Positions 29,717-38,289 of a stretch of 64,000 nucleotides of DNA are shown piece by piece. Source of the stretch: Candidatus Omnitrophota bacterium (GTDB lineage: Bacteria > Omnitrophota > Omnitrophia > Omnitrophales > Aquincolibacteriaceae); the NCBI GenBank assembly GCA_043808175.1, contig JAZDFE010000007.1, positions 16,099 through 80,098 of the forward strand, read 5' to 3'. A program made the translations under genes and the position numbers. The notes beneath the pieces are model-generated. The model ran no database searches and was not told the DNA's origin. It saw only the letters and a list, made by a program, of their open reading frames with translations. Each line of letters begins with the position of its first letter. Position 1 is the first letter of the stretch.

Positions 29717-31102
29717 ATGATTAGAACCTTTTTATACAATCTGGGGTTCATGGTGTTCGGGGTCTTTTATTTCCCGATTTTCCTGACAAAACTCCGTCAA
29801 GCCGAGGATCCGGGGGCGCTGTGGAAAGAACGCCGTGGGATCTTTCCGAAGGACTGGGCCGGAAAATTTGCCGGAAAAAAGATCGTCTGGCTTCACGCCG
29901 TGAGCGTGGGAGAAGTGATGGCCATTGAAAAGTTCATTCACGAATGGCTTGCCTCCGCGCCGGGATATGAACTGTTGCTAACGACCGTTACGCCGACCGG
30001 GCAGAGGATCGCGAAAAAACTCGCGGGCGAGCGGGTCCATGTCTGTTATTTCCCGTTCGACCTCACCCCGGTCGTGAAACATTTTCTCGATCTTTTCAGG
30101 CCGGTTTGTTTGTTGCTCGTGGAGACCGAGATCTGGCCGAACCTCTTGACCGAAGCCAAGCGACGGAACATTCCGGTGGGTGTAGTGAACGCCCGGCTCT
30201 CGGAACGTTCATTCAAAAGGTATAAGCTTTTTCCATGGCTTTTTAAACCCTTGTGGGAAAAACTAGATTTTGTGCTCACACAATCGGAAGAAGATGCGGC
30301 CCGTTTTCGGAAGTTGGGCGTTACGGAAGGATCCGTGCGAGATATGGGGAATATGAAATTCGATCAGGCAGAATGGGCCGCCGAGGGTGGGGTGGACGTG
30401 GCGGGATTGCGGCAGGCCTGGGGGTATGCCGCCGAAGATCTTGTATGGATCGCGGGCAGCACGCATCCGGGGGAAGAAGAAATGCTCATGGCCGCTTTTA
30501 AAGCGTTGCGCGAACGGTTTCCGGCGCTCAAATTGATCCTCGCGCCGCGCCACATCGAACGTTCGGAGAGTCTTTTGAAGCAATTGGGAAAATATGGTTT
30601 TAACATGGCTTCGTCAACAAGCCCAGTTCTCCATCAAAAAAAAGAAGGCCCGGGACCTGATCTGCAGATCCTGGATCGGCTGGGCATTCTCAAGAATCTG
30701 TACGGAATCGCAGACTTTGTGTTCATGGGCGGGAGCCTGATCCCTCACGGGGGTCAGAATCCGATCGAGCCCGCGCGTTTTAGCAAAGCTATCCTCCATG
30801 GACCACATGTTTTTAACTTTCACAAGATCTACCACCAGCTCGATCATGACGGTGGCGCTTTCAGGATCTCGGCTCCGGACGAACTGTCGTCCGCGGCGGC
30901 GGAGATCCTCGCGAATGAAAGCAGGCGTCATGAAATGGGGCAAAAAGCTTTTCAGATCGTCAACCGTCTACGGGGTGCCAGCAAACGTCAGGCCGGGTGG
31001 ATCCTGACGTTTCTCAGGAGCCGGTACTCTCAAGAAAGGATTACAAGCAATGGACAGCATGAAGAATTACTTTCGTCTCTTGGCAGAGGACAAGCAAAAT
31101 GA
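29717..31102 (+). CDS. waaA: 3-deoxy-D-manno-octulosonic acid (Kdo) transferase.
   Basis: An N-terminal membrane anchor and a GT30 core are present (WLHAVSVGEVMA, TVTPTGQ, LVETEIWPNL, FVGGSLIPHGGQNPIEPA). The 3' end overlaps lpxK by about 50 nt. Confidence 0.85.
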   Translation: MIRTFLYNLGFMVFGVFYFPIFLTKLRQAEDPGALWKERRGIFPKDWAGKFAGKKIVWLHAVSVGEVMAIEKFIHEWLASAPGYELLLTTVTPTGQRIAKKLAGERVHVCYFPFDLTPVVKHFLDLFRPVCLLLVETEIWPNLLTEAKRRNIPVGVVNARLSERSFKRYKLFPWLFKPLWEKLDFVLTQSEEDAARFRKLGVTEGSVRDMGNMKFDQAEWAAEGGVDVAGLRQAWGYAAEDLVWIAGSTHPGEEEMLMAAFKALRERFPALKLILAPRHIERSESLLKQLGKYGFNMASSTSPVLHQKKEGPGPDLQILDRLGILKNLYGIADFVFMGGSLIPHGGQNPIEPARFSKAILHGPHVFNFHKIYHQLDHDGGAFRISAPDELSSAAAEILANESRRHEMGQKAFQIVNRLRGASKRQAGWILTFLRSRYSQERITSNGQHEELLSSLGRGQAK

Positions 31103-32099
31103 TCCGACGAGCGGAGTTCTCTCCGCGCTTCTTTCTCTTGCGGCATGGGGGTACGGGCTCGGGGTCCGGACATTTCGCTGGCTTTATGAGAACAAGGTGT
31201 TGGCGCGCAAACGTCTTCCGTATCCGGTCGTCAGTGTCGGCAATCTGACTTGGGGCGGCACGGGGAAAACGCCTTTTGTGGAATACCTCGCGCGCAAGAT
31301 CGGTATACACCGGCGCGTGCCTCTGGTCCTCACGCGCGGCTACAGTCATGATGAGGCCTTGGAACTTCAGAATCATCTTCCGACCGCGGTGATCGGCGTC
31401 GGCAAGGATCGCGCGAAGGTCGCCGAGCGCGTCAAAACGGAAAAACGGCATGTGGATATCGCCATCCTCGACGACGGACTTCAGCATCAGATCCTTCAAC
31501 GGGACGTCGATATCGTGGTCGTCAACTCCTTGAACCCTTTTGGCAACGGAAAGCTCATTCCGCGCGGCATTTTGCGCGAACCTCTTACCGTCTTGAAGCG
31601 TGCGGCCATCATCGTGCTAACTCACGTGAATCTCGTAAGTCCCGAGGAGCTGGGGAAGCTCAAGGAAAAGATCAAGACCCTGGCACCTCAGGCGCAAATG
31701 GTCGAGACCCTCATGGTAGTGTTGTTCCTTTATCGCGCCAAGAGCTAGGTTCTGACGGCGATCGAGAAGATGACCGGCCGGCGCGTCGCAACTTTCGCAG
31801 CGGTAGGAACACCTAGGTCCTTCCAGCTCGTCTTGCAGCGTTTTCAACTCAAGACCGTCCGGAACTTTGAATTTCTGGATCACTATGAATATACGAAGAA
31901 AGATCTTTTGAAGATCAAGGAAGTCGCGCAGTCGGCCGGCGCCGAGGAGATCATCACAACGGAAAAGGATTTTTACCGTTCCCGCGGGTTAATCACGGAG
32001 ATGCTGAATCCGCTGGTTCTTGCCGCGCGGCTCCGGGTCGTGTCGGGAGAGGAAATCCTCACCGACCGGCTTTTCCGTTTATTAGGAGTGAGAAATTAA
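31050..32099 (+). pseudogene. lpxK: Tetraacyldisaccharide 4'-kinase LpxK, interrupted by a single in-frame TAG at 31746-31748. It splits into two same-frame ORFs, 31050..31748 and 31770..32099. It is either a pseudogene, a functional split gene, a readthrough gene or a sequencing error.
   Basis: An N-terminal P-loop is present (PVVSVGNLTWGGTGKTPFVEYLARKI). A C-terminal LpxK region is also present (RRVATFAAVGTPRSF...FLDHYEY...ITTEKD). Both halves are in frame 0 and are separated only by TAG. Confidence 0.6.
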
Positions 32100-34048
32100 T
32101 GGAAGATCTGCTCGATCGGACCGCTTATCTTGTGGCCCGCATGCTCATTTTTCTTTTTGGCCAAATCCCGCTTGCCGCGGGTCTTCGGATAGGCGATTTT
32201 TTAGGGCACTGTGTGTTTTTTGTCTCAAAAAAACGGCGCATTGCTTATATCAATCTGAAAACGGCGCTTGGAAGCCAATTAACGCCGGCCGAGCGCTGGA
32301 AAACCGTGCGCGATCATTTTGGATTTATGGGGCAATCGGTCGTGGAGGTGATGTCCTTTAAGCGGATGAAACGCAAGCATCACGATCTTAACGTCAAAAC
32401 CCATGACCTCGAGCGGTACGAAGCGCTTCTTCGTTCGGGACACGGCGGCGTTCTGATCACCGCTCATTTCGGGAACTGGGAGCTTCTTCAGGTCTGGTCC
32501 GGGCTTCGCGGTACGCCGATCCATATGCTGACACGCGAGCAGAAATATCCGAGACTCAACGGATTGATCAACGAGCTTCGCGAAAGCCATGGTTCGGTTT
32601 CTATCAGCCGGGGTGCCGGCATCCGTGGGCTGATTCGGGCGCTCCGGGAGGAAAAAATGATTGGGGTCCTGGGCGACCAGTCCGCCGGTAAGACCGAGGG
32701 GATCATCTTGCCGTTCTTGGGCCGGAGGACTACGGTCCCGACTGGGGCCTTCCAGCTGGCTCACCGTACGGATGCCTTGATTATGCCATTTTTTATCGTA
32801 AGGACCGGAGGCCCGGAGCACGAGGTTTATGCCGGGGAAGTTCTGAAAGACGATCCCTCTCTCGCGCCGCAGGCGCGTGTCGAGTTTCAAGCCCGGCAAT
32901 ACCTGAAGGTGCTCGAAGGTTTTATCCGGAAATTTCCGAACCAATGGCTCTGGGAGAACAAACGGTGGAAATACTGTTGGGACAGGAAGATCGTGATCCT
33001 CTCGGACGGCAAGGCCGGGCATTTCAAACAATCCGAGGTTGTGGCGGAAATGCTTGCAGGTTTCAAAGAATTTCACGGACGCCCCGGTCTTAAGTTTGAA
33101 ACGGAAGAGATCCACGTGGAATACCGCTCGGCGCTCCACCGGACGGCTTTATTCTTGACGGCACTTTTGATGAAACCCTGGATCCAGGGAAGACTTCACT
33201 GGCTCGCGCGCTTTTTTACGCCGGAAACTCAAAAGGCGATCGAACAAGCGAACGCGGATTTCATTATTGCGGCGGGTTCCGGGCTCGCGCCGCTTCAGAG
33301 GCTTCTCGCTCAAGAGACCGGCGCGAAGTCGATCGTGATCATGAACCCGCCCTTTCCTTATTCCGTGACGAATTATGATCTCGCGATCGTGCCGGCGCAT
33401 GATGGTGGCAGGGTCCCTAAACGGACGTTCCGCTGCGTGATCATGCCGAGCGGTTACAAGACTTCGGATCGCGAGGAGGATGTGAAACAGCTGCAAGCAA
33501 AACTGGGCGAAGGGGTTCGGCCGACCCTGGCGGTGTTTCTCGGCGGCGCAACACGAAATTATGATCTGACGGTCTCGGACGCGGAAAAACTTTGCTCGAC
33601 CTTAAAGCGTGCCAGCTCGCGCGCGGGAGACTACATGATCACCACGTCGCGGCGGACTTCCGTGCATGTGGAACGATTTCTGAAGAACGCGCTCGCGCGG
33701 GATCCGGCCTGCCGGTTTCTTATGATCGCGAATGAAGACAATCCGTCTTATGCGGCGGGCGGTATGTTAGGGCTCGCGGACCTCCTGATCGTGACGGAGG
33801 ACAGTCTCGCCATGATCTCGGAAGCTGTGGGAACGGGTAAACGCGTGATCGTGCTTAGCCTCGGGGAAGGAGAGCTTCCCAAAAAGCATTACCGTTTTCA
33901 TCAGATCCTTGTCCAACGGGGACTCGTGACCTTGAGTGGTCTGGCGGACCTGGAAAAGAATATCACAGGACTTCTTAAAAAGCCGGCCACGCCAGTCCTT
34001 CAACGTGAAAAAGACGCGCTCATCGAACGGTTGGGAGCTTTAATATGA
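32099..34048 (+). CDS. Two-domain protein. The N-terminal part is a LpxL/HtrB-type lysophospholipid (lipid A late) acyltransferase. The C-terminal part is a DUF1022/ELM1-like domain of about 330 aa.
   Basis: The acyltransferase motif is present (ITAHFGNWELL). The C-terminal half starts IVILSDGKAGHFKQSEV, which is typical of bacterial ELM1/DUF1022 proteins. Confidence 0.65.
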   Translation: MEDLLDRTAYLVARMLIFLFGQIPLAAGLRIGDFLGHCVFFVSKKRRIAYINLKTALGSQLTPAERWKTVRDHFGFMGQSVVEVMSFKRMKRKHHDLNVKTHDLERYEALLRSGHGGVLITAHFGNWELLQVWSGLRGTPIHMLTREQKYPRLNGLINELRESHGSVSISRGAGIRGLIRALREEKMIGVLGDQSAGKTEGIILPFLGRRTTVPTGAFQLAHRTDALIMPFFIVRTGGPEHEVYAGEVLKDDPSLAPQARVEFQARQYLKVLEGFIRKFPNQWLWENKRWKYCWDRKIVILSDGKAGHFKQSEVVAEMLAGFKEFHGRPGLKFETEEIHVEYRSALHRTALFLTALLMKPWIQGRLHWLARFFTPETQKAIEQANADFIIAAGSGLAPLQRLLAQETGAKSIVIMNPPFPYSVTNYDLAIVPAHDGGRVPKRTFRCVIMPSGYKTSDREEDVKQLQAKLGEGVRPTLAVFLGGATRNYDLTVSDAEKLCSTLKRASSRAGDYMITTSRRTSVHVERFLKNALARDPACRFLMIANEDNPSYAAGGMLGLADLLIVTEDSLAMISEAVGTGKRVIVLSLGEGELPKKHYRFHQILVQRGLVTLSGLADLEKNITGLLKKPATPVLQREKDALIERLGALI

Positions 34049-36141
34049 AGGTGATGCAGCTCTTGCCGGCGCTTGAGCTCGGCGGGACCGAGCGCGGGGT
34101 GGTGGATCTTGCGAAAGCCATGAAAAAAGAAGGGCACGCGACCCTGGTCGTTTCATCCGGCGGGGCGCTTGTGGCCGAACTCCAGAAGATCGGGATCCCG
34201 CATTACGGGCTACCCGTGCATCAGAAATCTCTGGCGAGTTTATTCCTGGTCGAAGAGCTGGTGAAGATCATCCAGCGGGAGCGCGTGGACATCATTCACG
34301 CCCGCAGCCGCGTCCCGGCCTGGCTCGGGTGGCTCGCGGCCCGCAAGACCGGCATTCCGTTCATCACGACCTGCCACGGACATTATTCTGTTCATCCGAT
34401 GAGCTTTGTCATGGGGTGGGGGAAGCGTGTGATCGTGGCATCGCATGCCATCGGCCGGAGAATGATCGATGAATTTCATGTTCCGCCGGACAGGATCCGT
34501 TTGGTCCCGCGCGGTGTGGATCTTTCACAGTTCACATTCTCATTCGCGAAATTCGAAAAGCACAAGGGGCCGATGAGGATCATCCATATCGGACGGTTCT
34601 CGCCGGCCAAAGGCCAGGTGGAATTCCTTAAGGCCGTTCATTTATTGCGTAGCCGGCTCCCTCATTTTGAAGTTTGGATCGTCGGCTCCGAAGCCCGCGG
34701 CAGGCACCGTTACACAGATCTGATGAAAAAAACGGTGCAACAGTTCGGGCTTGAGACCTGCGTCAAGATCCTCCCGCCGACGCGTGACGTCGCAGGACTT
34801 TTGGCCCAGTCCGATCTTCTGGTGCTTTCCTCGCTGATCCCGGAGCCTTTTGGGCGGGTGGTCATTGAGGCCGGTGCCGTGGGAACCCCTGTGGTCGCGA
34901 CCTGGTTGGGCGGCGTGCGGGATATTATTGATCACAACGAGACAGGCCTTCTATTCCCTCCAAGAAATATTCCCGCGATGGCCGAGGCCATGTACGAACT
35001 TTTGACGGACCGGGAAAAGGCCAAAGCATTCGCGGTAAAGCTTCGAAAAAAAGTAGAAGAGCAATTTAATCTGGAACAAATGGTCCGGAAAACGCTCGAG
35101 ATCTATGAGGAAGTCCGCAAGCGGCGGAGGATCCTCGTGATCAAGCTTGGGGCCATGGGAGATCTCATCCTGGTCGTGCCGAGTTTAAGGATGCTCAAGG
35201 AGCGCTTCCCGGATGCGGTGATCACGCTCCTGGTCGATCGCAAACTCGCGCCGATCGTGTCGGCATGTCCTTACCTGGACGATATGATCCTGGTGGACCG
35301 GAAAAAACTTTCGAACATTTTTTATCTTTTAAAGACCGCCCGGCGCATCCGCCGGGAAGGATTTGACATGTCCATCGATCTCCATAACAACAAATGGACG
35401 CATCTTCTGGCGTATCTCGGCGGCGCGGTCCAGCGTTTCGGTTTTGAGCGCGGGAGATGGGGATGGCTTTTGAACCGTCCCGACAGGACCTTTGAGGTCG
35501 GGGATTCGCCTCTCCGCCATCAATTCCGGGTGCTGTCCAAGGCCGGGGTCATCAAATTCGATGACATGTTGGAGCTTTGGGTGAAATCCGAGAGCCTTGA
35601 AAAAGCACGCCAGATGATCGGTACGCTCGAGCCCAAAGAATCTACCCGGATCGTCGGGTTCGTGATGGGGTCCAGCCCCAACTGGCCGAGCAAACGCTGG
35701 CCTTCGGAGCATTTTGTCGATTTGGCAAAAAGGCTCTTTGAAAAATATGACGCGCGGATCGTCCTTATCGGCTCTCCTGAAGAAACGGATCTCGGGACTC
35801 CTTTTTATTCTTTCGGGTCCGGCAAGATCCTCGATCTCATCGGGAAAACAGCGTTGGAGGAACTGCCGGCTTTTTTCAAACAGCTTCATTTGGTGGTAAC
35901 AGGGGATACGGCGCCGCTTCACATGGCTGCGGCCATGAATGTCCCGGTCGTGGCCTTGTTTGGCCCGACGGACGCCAAACGTCATATTCCTCCCGGAAAA
36001 AAGATCGACGCGCTCTCACATCATCTGCCATGCCAGCCCTGCTACGAGGGTGTCTGCAAAGCCAAAGAAACGAAGGCCTGTCTTACGCATATTTCCGTGG
36101 AAGAAGTTTTCGAACATTGCCAAAGAGCGCTCGTGCCATGA
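34045..36141 (+). CDS. Fusion of a GT4 (GT-B, RfaG-like) glycosyltransferase of about 370 aa to a GT9 heptosyltransferase-like domain of about 330 aa.
   Basis: GT4 motif is present (EPFGRVVIEAGAVGTPVVATWLGGVRDII). The GT9 part reads RILVIKLGAMGDLILVVPSLRMLKERFPDA and GDTAPLHMAAAMNVPVVALFGPTD. Confidence 0.75.
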   Translation: MKVMQLLPALELGGTERGVVDLAKAMKKEGHATLVVSSGGALVAELQKIGIPHYGLPVHQKSLASLFLVEELVKIIQRERVDIIHARSRVPAWLGWLAARKTGIPFITTCHGHYSVHPMSFVMGWGKRVIVASHAIGRRMIDEFHVPPDRIRLVPRGVDLSQFTFSFAKFEKHKGPMRIIHIGRFSPAKGQVEFLKAVHLLRSRLPHFEVWIVGSEARGRHRYTDLMKKTVQQFGLETCVKILPPTRDVAGLLAQSDLLVLSSLIPEPFGRVVIEAGAVGTPVVATWLGGVRDIIDHNETGLLFPPRNIPAMAEAMYELLTDREKAKAFAVKLRKKVEEQFNLEQMVRKTLEIYEEVRKRRRILVIKLGAMGDLILVVPSLRMLKERFPDAVITLLVDRKLAPIVSACPYLDDMILVDRKKLSNIFYLLKTARRIRREGFDMSIDLHNNKWTHLLAYLGGAVQRFGFERGRWGWLLNRPDRTFEVGDSPLRHQFRVLSKAGVIKFDDMLELWVKSESLEKARQMIGTLEPKESTRIVGFVMGSSPNWPSKRWPSEHFVDLAKRLFEKYDARIVLIGSPEETDLGTPFYSFGSGKILDLIGKTALEELPAFFKQLHLVVTGDTAPLHMAAAMNVPVVALFGPTDAKRHIPPGKKIDALSHHLPCQPCYEGVCKAKETKACLTHISVEEVFEHCQRALVP

Positions 36142-36174
36142 TTTTCCTTAATCAAAAAAATAAATGGGTGATCA

Positions 36175-36307
36175 TGATAGCCCAAACTTTTCATTTATTT
36201 TCCAAAACGGTAGTTTGGACAGCCCCAATTTCAACTCCGTTGAAATTGATAGATATTGGGACAGTCCAAGTCACCATCCATGAAGAACAAAGGAAGACTT
36301 GGGCGCT
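36175..36307 (+). repeat. Family-2 intergenic repeat, copy R3. It is hairpin-rich and ends at the start codon of the next heptosyltransferase.
   Basis: It shares the gtccaagtc...agacttgggcg module with the copy at 63150-63192. Hairpins: caatttcaa/ttgaaattg and ccaagtc/gacttgg. Confidence 0.6.
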
Positions 36308-37330
36308 ATGAAGATCCTCGCCGTGATGAAAAATTGGCTTGGGGACCTGCTTTTCCAGATGCCCGCGCTAGATTTGATCAAACAAAAATACCCCGAAGCC
36401 TCGATCGTTTGTATCGCACCCGAAAGGTGCCGGGAAATCCTCGAGGCTTACCCGGTGGTTTCGGAGGTCCTGAGCTTTGACGAAAAAAGCACGCACCGTT
36501 CCTGGCTCGCGAGAATGCGATTCGTTCTGGAACTGAGAAAGCGCGGACCCTGGGACCAGGGCTATCTCTTTCATCGTTCCCGTTCGCGAGCGGCGTTTCT
36601 CGCGCTCGCTGGAGTGAAAGAACGCATCGGTTACGGAAAAGGGAGAAAAGGATTCTTGTCGTGGGCGGTCGAAGAGCCCGCGTTGCCGATGCACCAGCTG
36701 GATTATTTTTTTAATATGATGAAAAGGGCCGGATTTGAGCTTCCCGCGGAAAGGGAATACCGGTTTTTTTACAAAGAAGAAGATGAACAAGTCGCGGGTG
36801 AGATTCTCGAGATGTATGGTATCGGAAAGAGCACGAAATACATTTGCTTTCATTTAGGTGCGAATTGGGAGCCCAAGCGCTGGCCGGTCGCGCATTTTGC
36901 CGCGCTCGCAGAGAAGATCGAAGCGAAATGGCAACTTCCGGTCGTAGTAACCGGCTCTCAAAATGACGAGCCCCTCTTTGAAGATTTCCTATCCAGGGTC
37001 CGTCGTGCGAAGATCATTTCTTTGATCGGAAAAACAGGACTACGCATTTCCGCCGTGATCTACAAGCATGCGGGATGTCTTGTGACCGGAGATTCCGGGC
37101 CTATGCACATCGCTTCCGGAGTCGGCGCCCCGGTCGTTGCCCTTTTTGGTCCCACGGACCCGAAACTCACCGGACCCCGCGGGAGAGGCGAGAGCATCGT
37201 GTTGCAATATGTTCCGTCAGGTTACATGGTCCCTTTTTTCGGCAAGGAACTTCCGGCAGAAGGCTGGCTTTCGCGCATCACTCCGAAGGAGGTTTTGAAT
37301 GCGGTCGAGAAAATCTTGAGAAAAACATGA
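36308..37330 (+). CDS. GT9 ADP-heptose:LPS heptosyltransferase (WaaF/WaaC family). The start is refined to ATG, giving MKILAV.
   Basis: GT9 motifs are present (MKILAVMKNWLGDLLFQMPALDLIKQKYPEA and GDSGPMHIASGVGAPVVALFGPTDP). Confidence 0.8.
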   Translation: MKILAVMKNWLGDLLFQMPALDLIKQKYPEASIVCIAPERCREILEAYPVVSEVLSFDEKSTHRSWLARMRFVLELRKRGPWDQGYLFHRSRSRAAFLALAGVKERIGYGKGRKGFLSWAVEEPALPMHQLDYFFNMMKRAGFELPAEREYRFFYKEEDEQVAGEILEMYGIGKSTKYICFHLGANWEPKRWPVAHFAALAEKIEAKWQLPVVVTGSQNDEPLFEDFLSRVRRAKIISLIGKTGLRISAVIYKHAGCLVTGDSGPMHIASGVGAPVVALFGPTDPKLTGPRGRGESIVLQYVPSGYMVPFFGKELPAEGWLSRITPKEVLNAVEKILRKT

Positions 37331-38289
37331 ATATTCTTGTCGTGACGTTGAGCAATTTCGGGGACGTGATCCTGACGACCCCCGTGATCATGGCACTTGC
37401 CCGGAAATATCCCGAGGCTCGGATCACGGTGGTGGTGGGGCCGCGCGCGAGAAGTGTTCTTCAGAGAAGCCCCGATATCCATAAGATCGTGATCTACGAC
37501 AAGAAGGCTTCTTTCCTGGAAAAATTAAAATTCATCGCAGAACTTCGCAAAGTAAAATATCACTGCGTCGTGGACCTGCGTAATACCGCCATTCCGTTCC
37601 TGGTCTCCTGCGGCAAGAAAACCCCTCTTTTCAGGAAATTCACCAAGGTCAACATGCGGGATCGTCACCTCGAAATGCTCGCGACAGTGGAACCCGGCAT
37701 TCCCCATCCCTCTCCTTTTCATTTTTTTAACCAAGAGGATGAGATCTTTGCGATGCGCACTCTGGATGCTGCGGGGATCACGGAAAAGAAAGGATGGATC
37801 CTGGTGGCGGCAGGGGCGGCCAGCGAGAGAAAACGGTGGCCGGTTCAATCCTTTAAGGAAGTGATCCAAGCGCTTCACGAGAGGACCGGCAAGAAGATCC
37901 TCCTGGTGGGAACCCTTAATGAAAGACCGGTGGCCGACAGCATTCTGAAAAAACTTCCAGGAATCGTCGGGATCCTTTGCGGTGACCTTGTTTTGCCCGA
38001 GACGGCAGCGCTTATCGCGAACGCTTCGCTTGTGATCGCTAACGACAGCGCGATCATGCATCTTGGGTTCGAATTGGGCACGCCGACTGTCGGGATCTTC
38101 GGACCGACAGACCATGAGAAATACGGACACGAAGGTCCGAAATTCCGCATTGCGCGGGAAAAGGCCCAAGGTTGTGCCTGCAGGTCCGATCAATTGCCTC
38201 GCGCCGAGCGGAGTTGTTTTCACGGACTTAAACCCGAAAAAGTGATCGGACTTTCTTTGGAGCTTCTGAATGCCACTCAATCTTCCTGA
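37327..38289 (+). CDS. GT9 heptosyltransferase. The true ATG start, MNILVVTL, overlaps the upstream stop (ATGA). The listed 404-aa ORF from 37075 is an out-of-register extension.
   Basis: GT9 motifs are present (MNILVVTLSNFGDVILTTPVIMALARKYPEA and NDSAIMHLGFELGTPTVGIFGPTDHEKYG). Confidence 0.8.
   Translation: MNILVVTLSNFGDVILTTPVIMALARKYPEARITVVVGPRARSVLQRSPDIHKIVIYDKKASFLEKLKFIAELRKVKYHCVVDLRNTAIPFLVSCGKKTPLFRKFTKVNMRDRHLEMLATVEPGIPHPSPFHFFNQEDEIFAMRTLDAAGITEKKGWILVAAGAASERKRWPVQSFKEVIQALHERTGKKILLVGTLNERPVADSILKKLPGIVGILCGDLVLPETAALIANASLVIANDSAIMHLGFELGTPTVGIFGPTDHEKYGHEGPKFRIAREKAQGCACRSDQLPRAERSCFHGLKPEKVIGLSLELLNATQSS

Noticed and set aside
37075-38289. The 404-aa ORF call beginning at 37075.
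   Set aside because: Its first 84 codons run through the 3' part of the upstream heptosyltransferase gene in another register. The recognisable GT9 N-terminus (MNILVVTLSNFGD) begins at the ATG 37327, which overlaps the upstream stop as ATGA, so the gene is 37327-38289. The same reasoning was used to trim the ORFs at 4518, 15343, 16299, 28699, 48032, 52362, 56281, 57818 and 59319 to internal starts.
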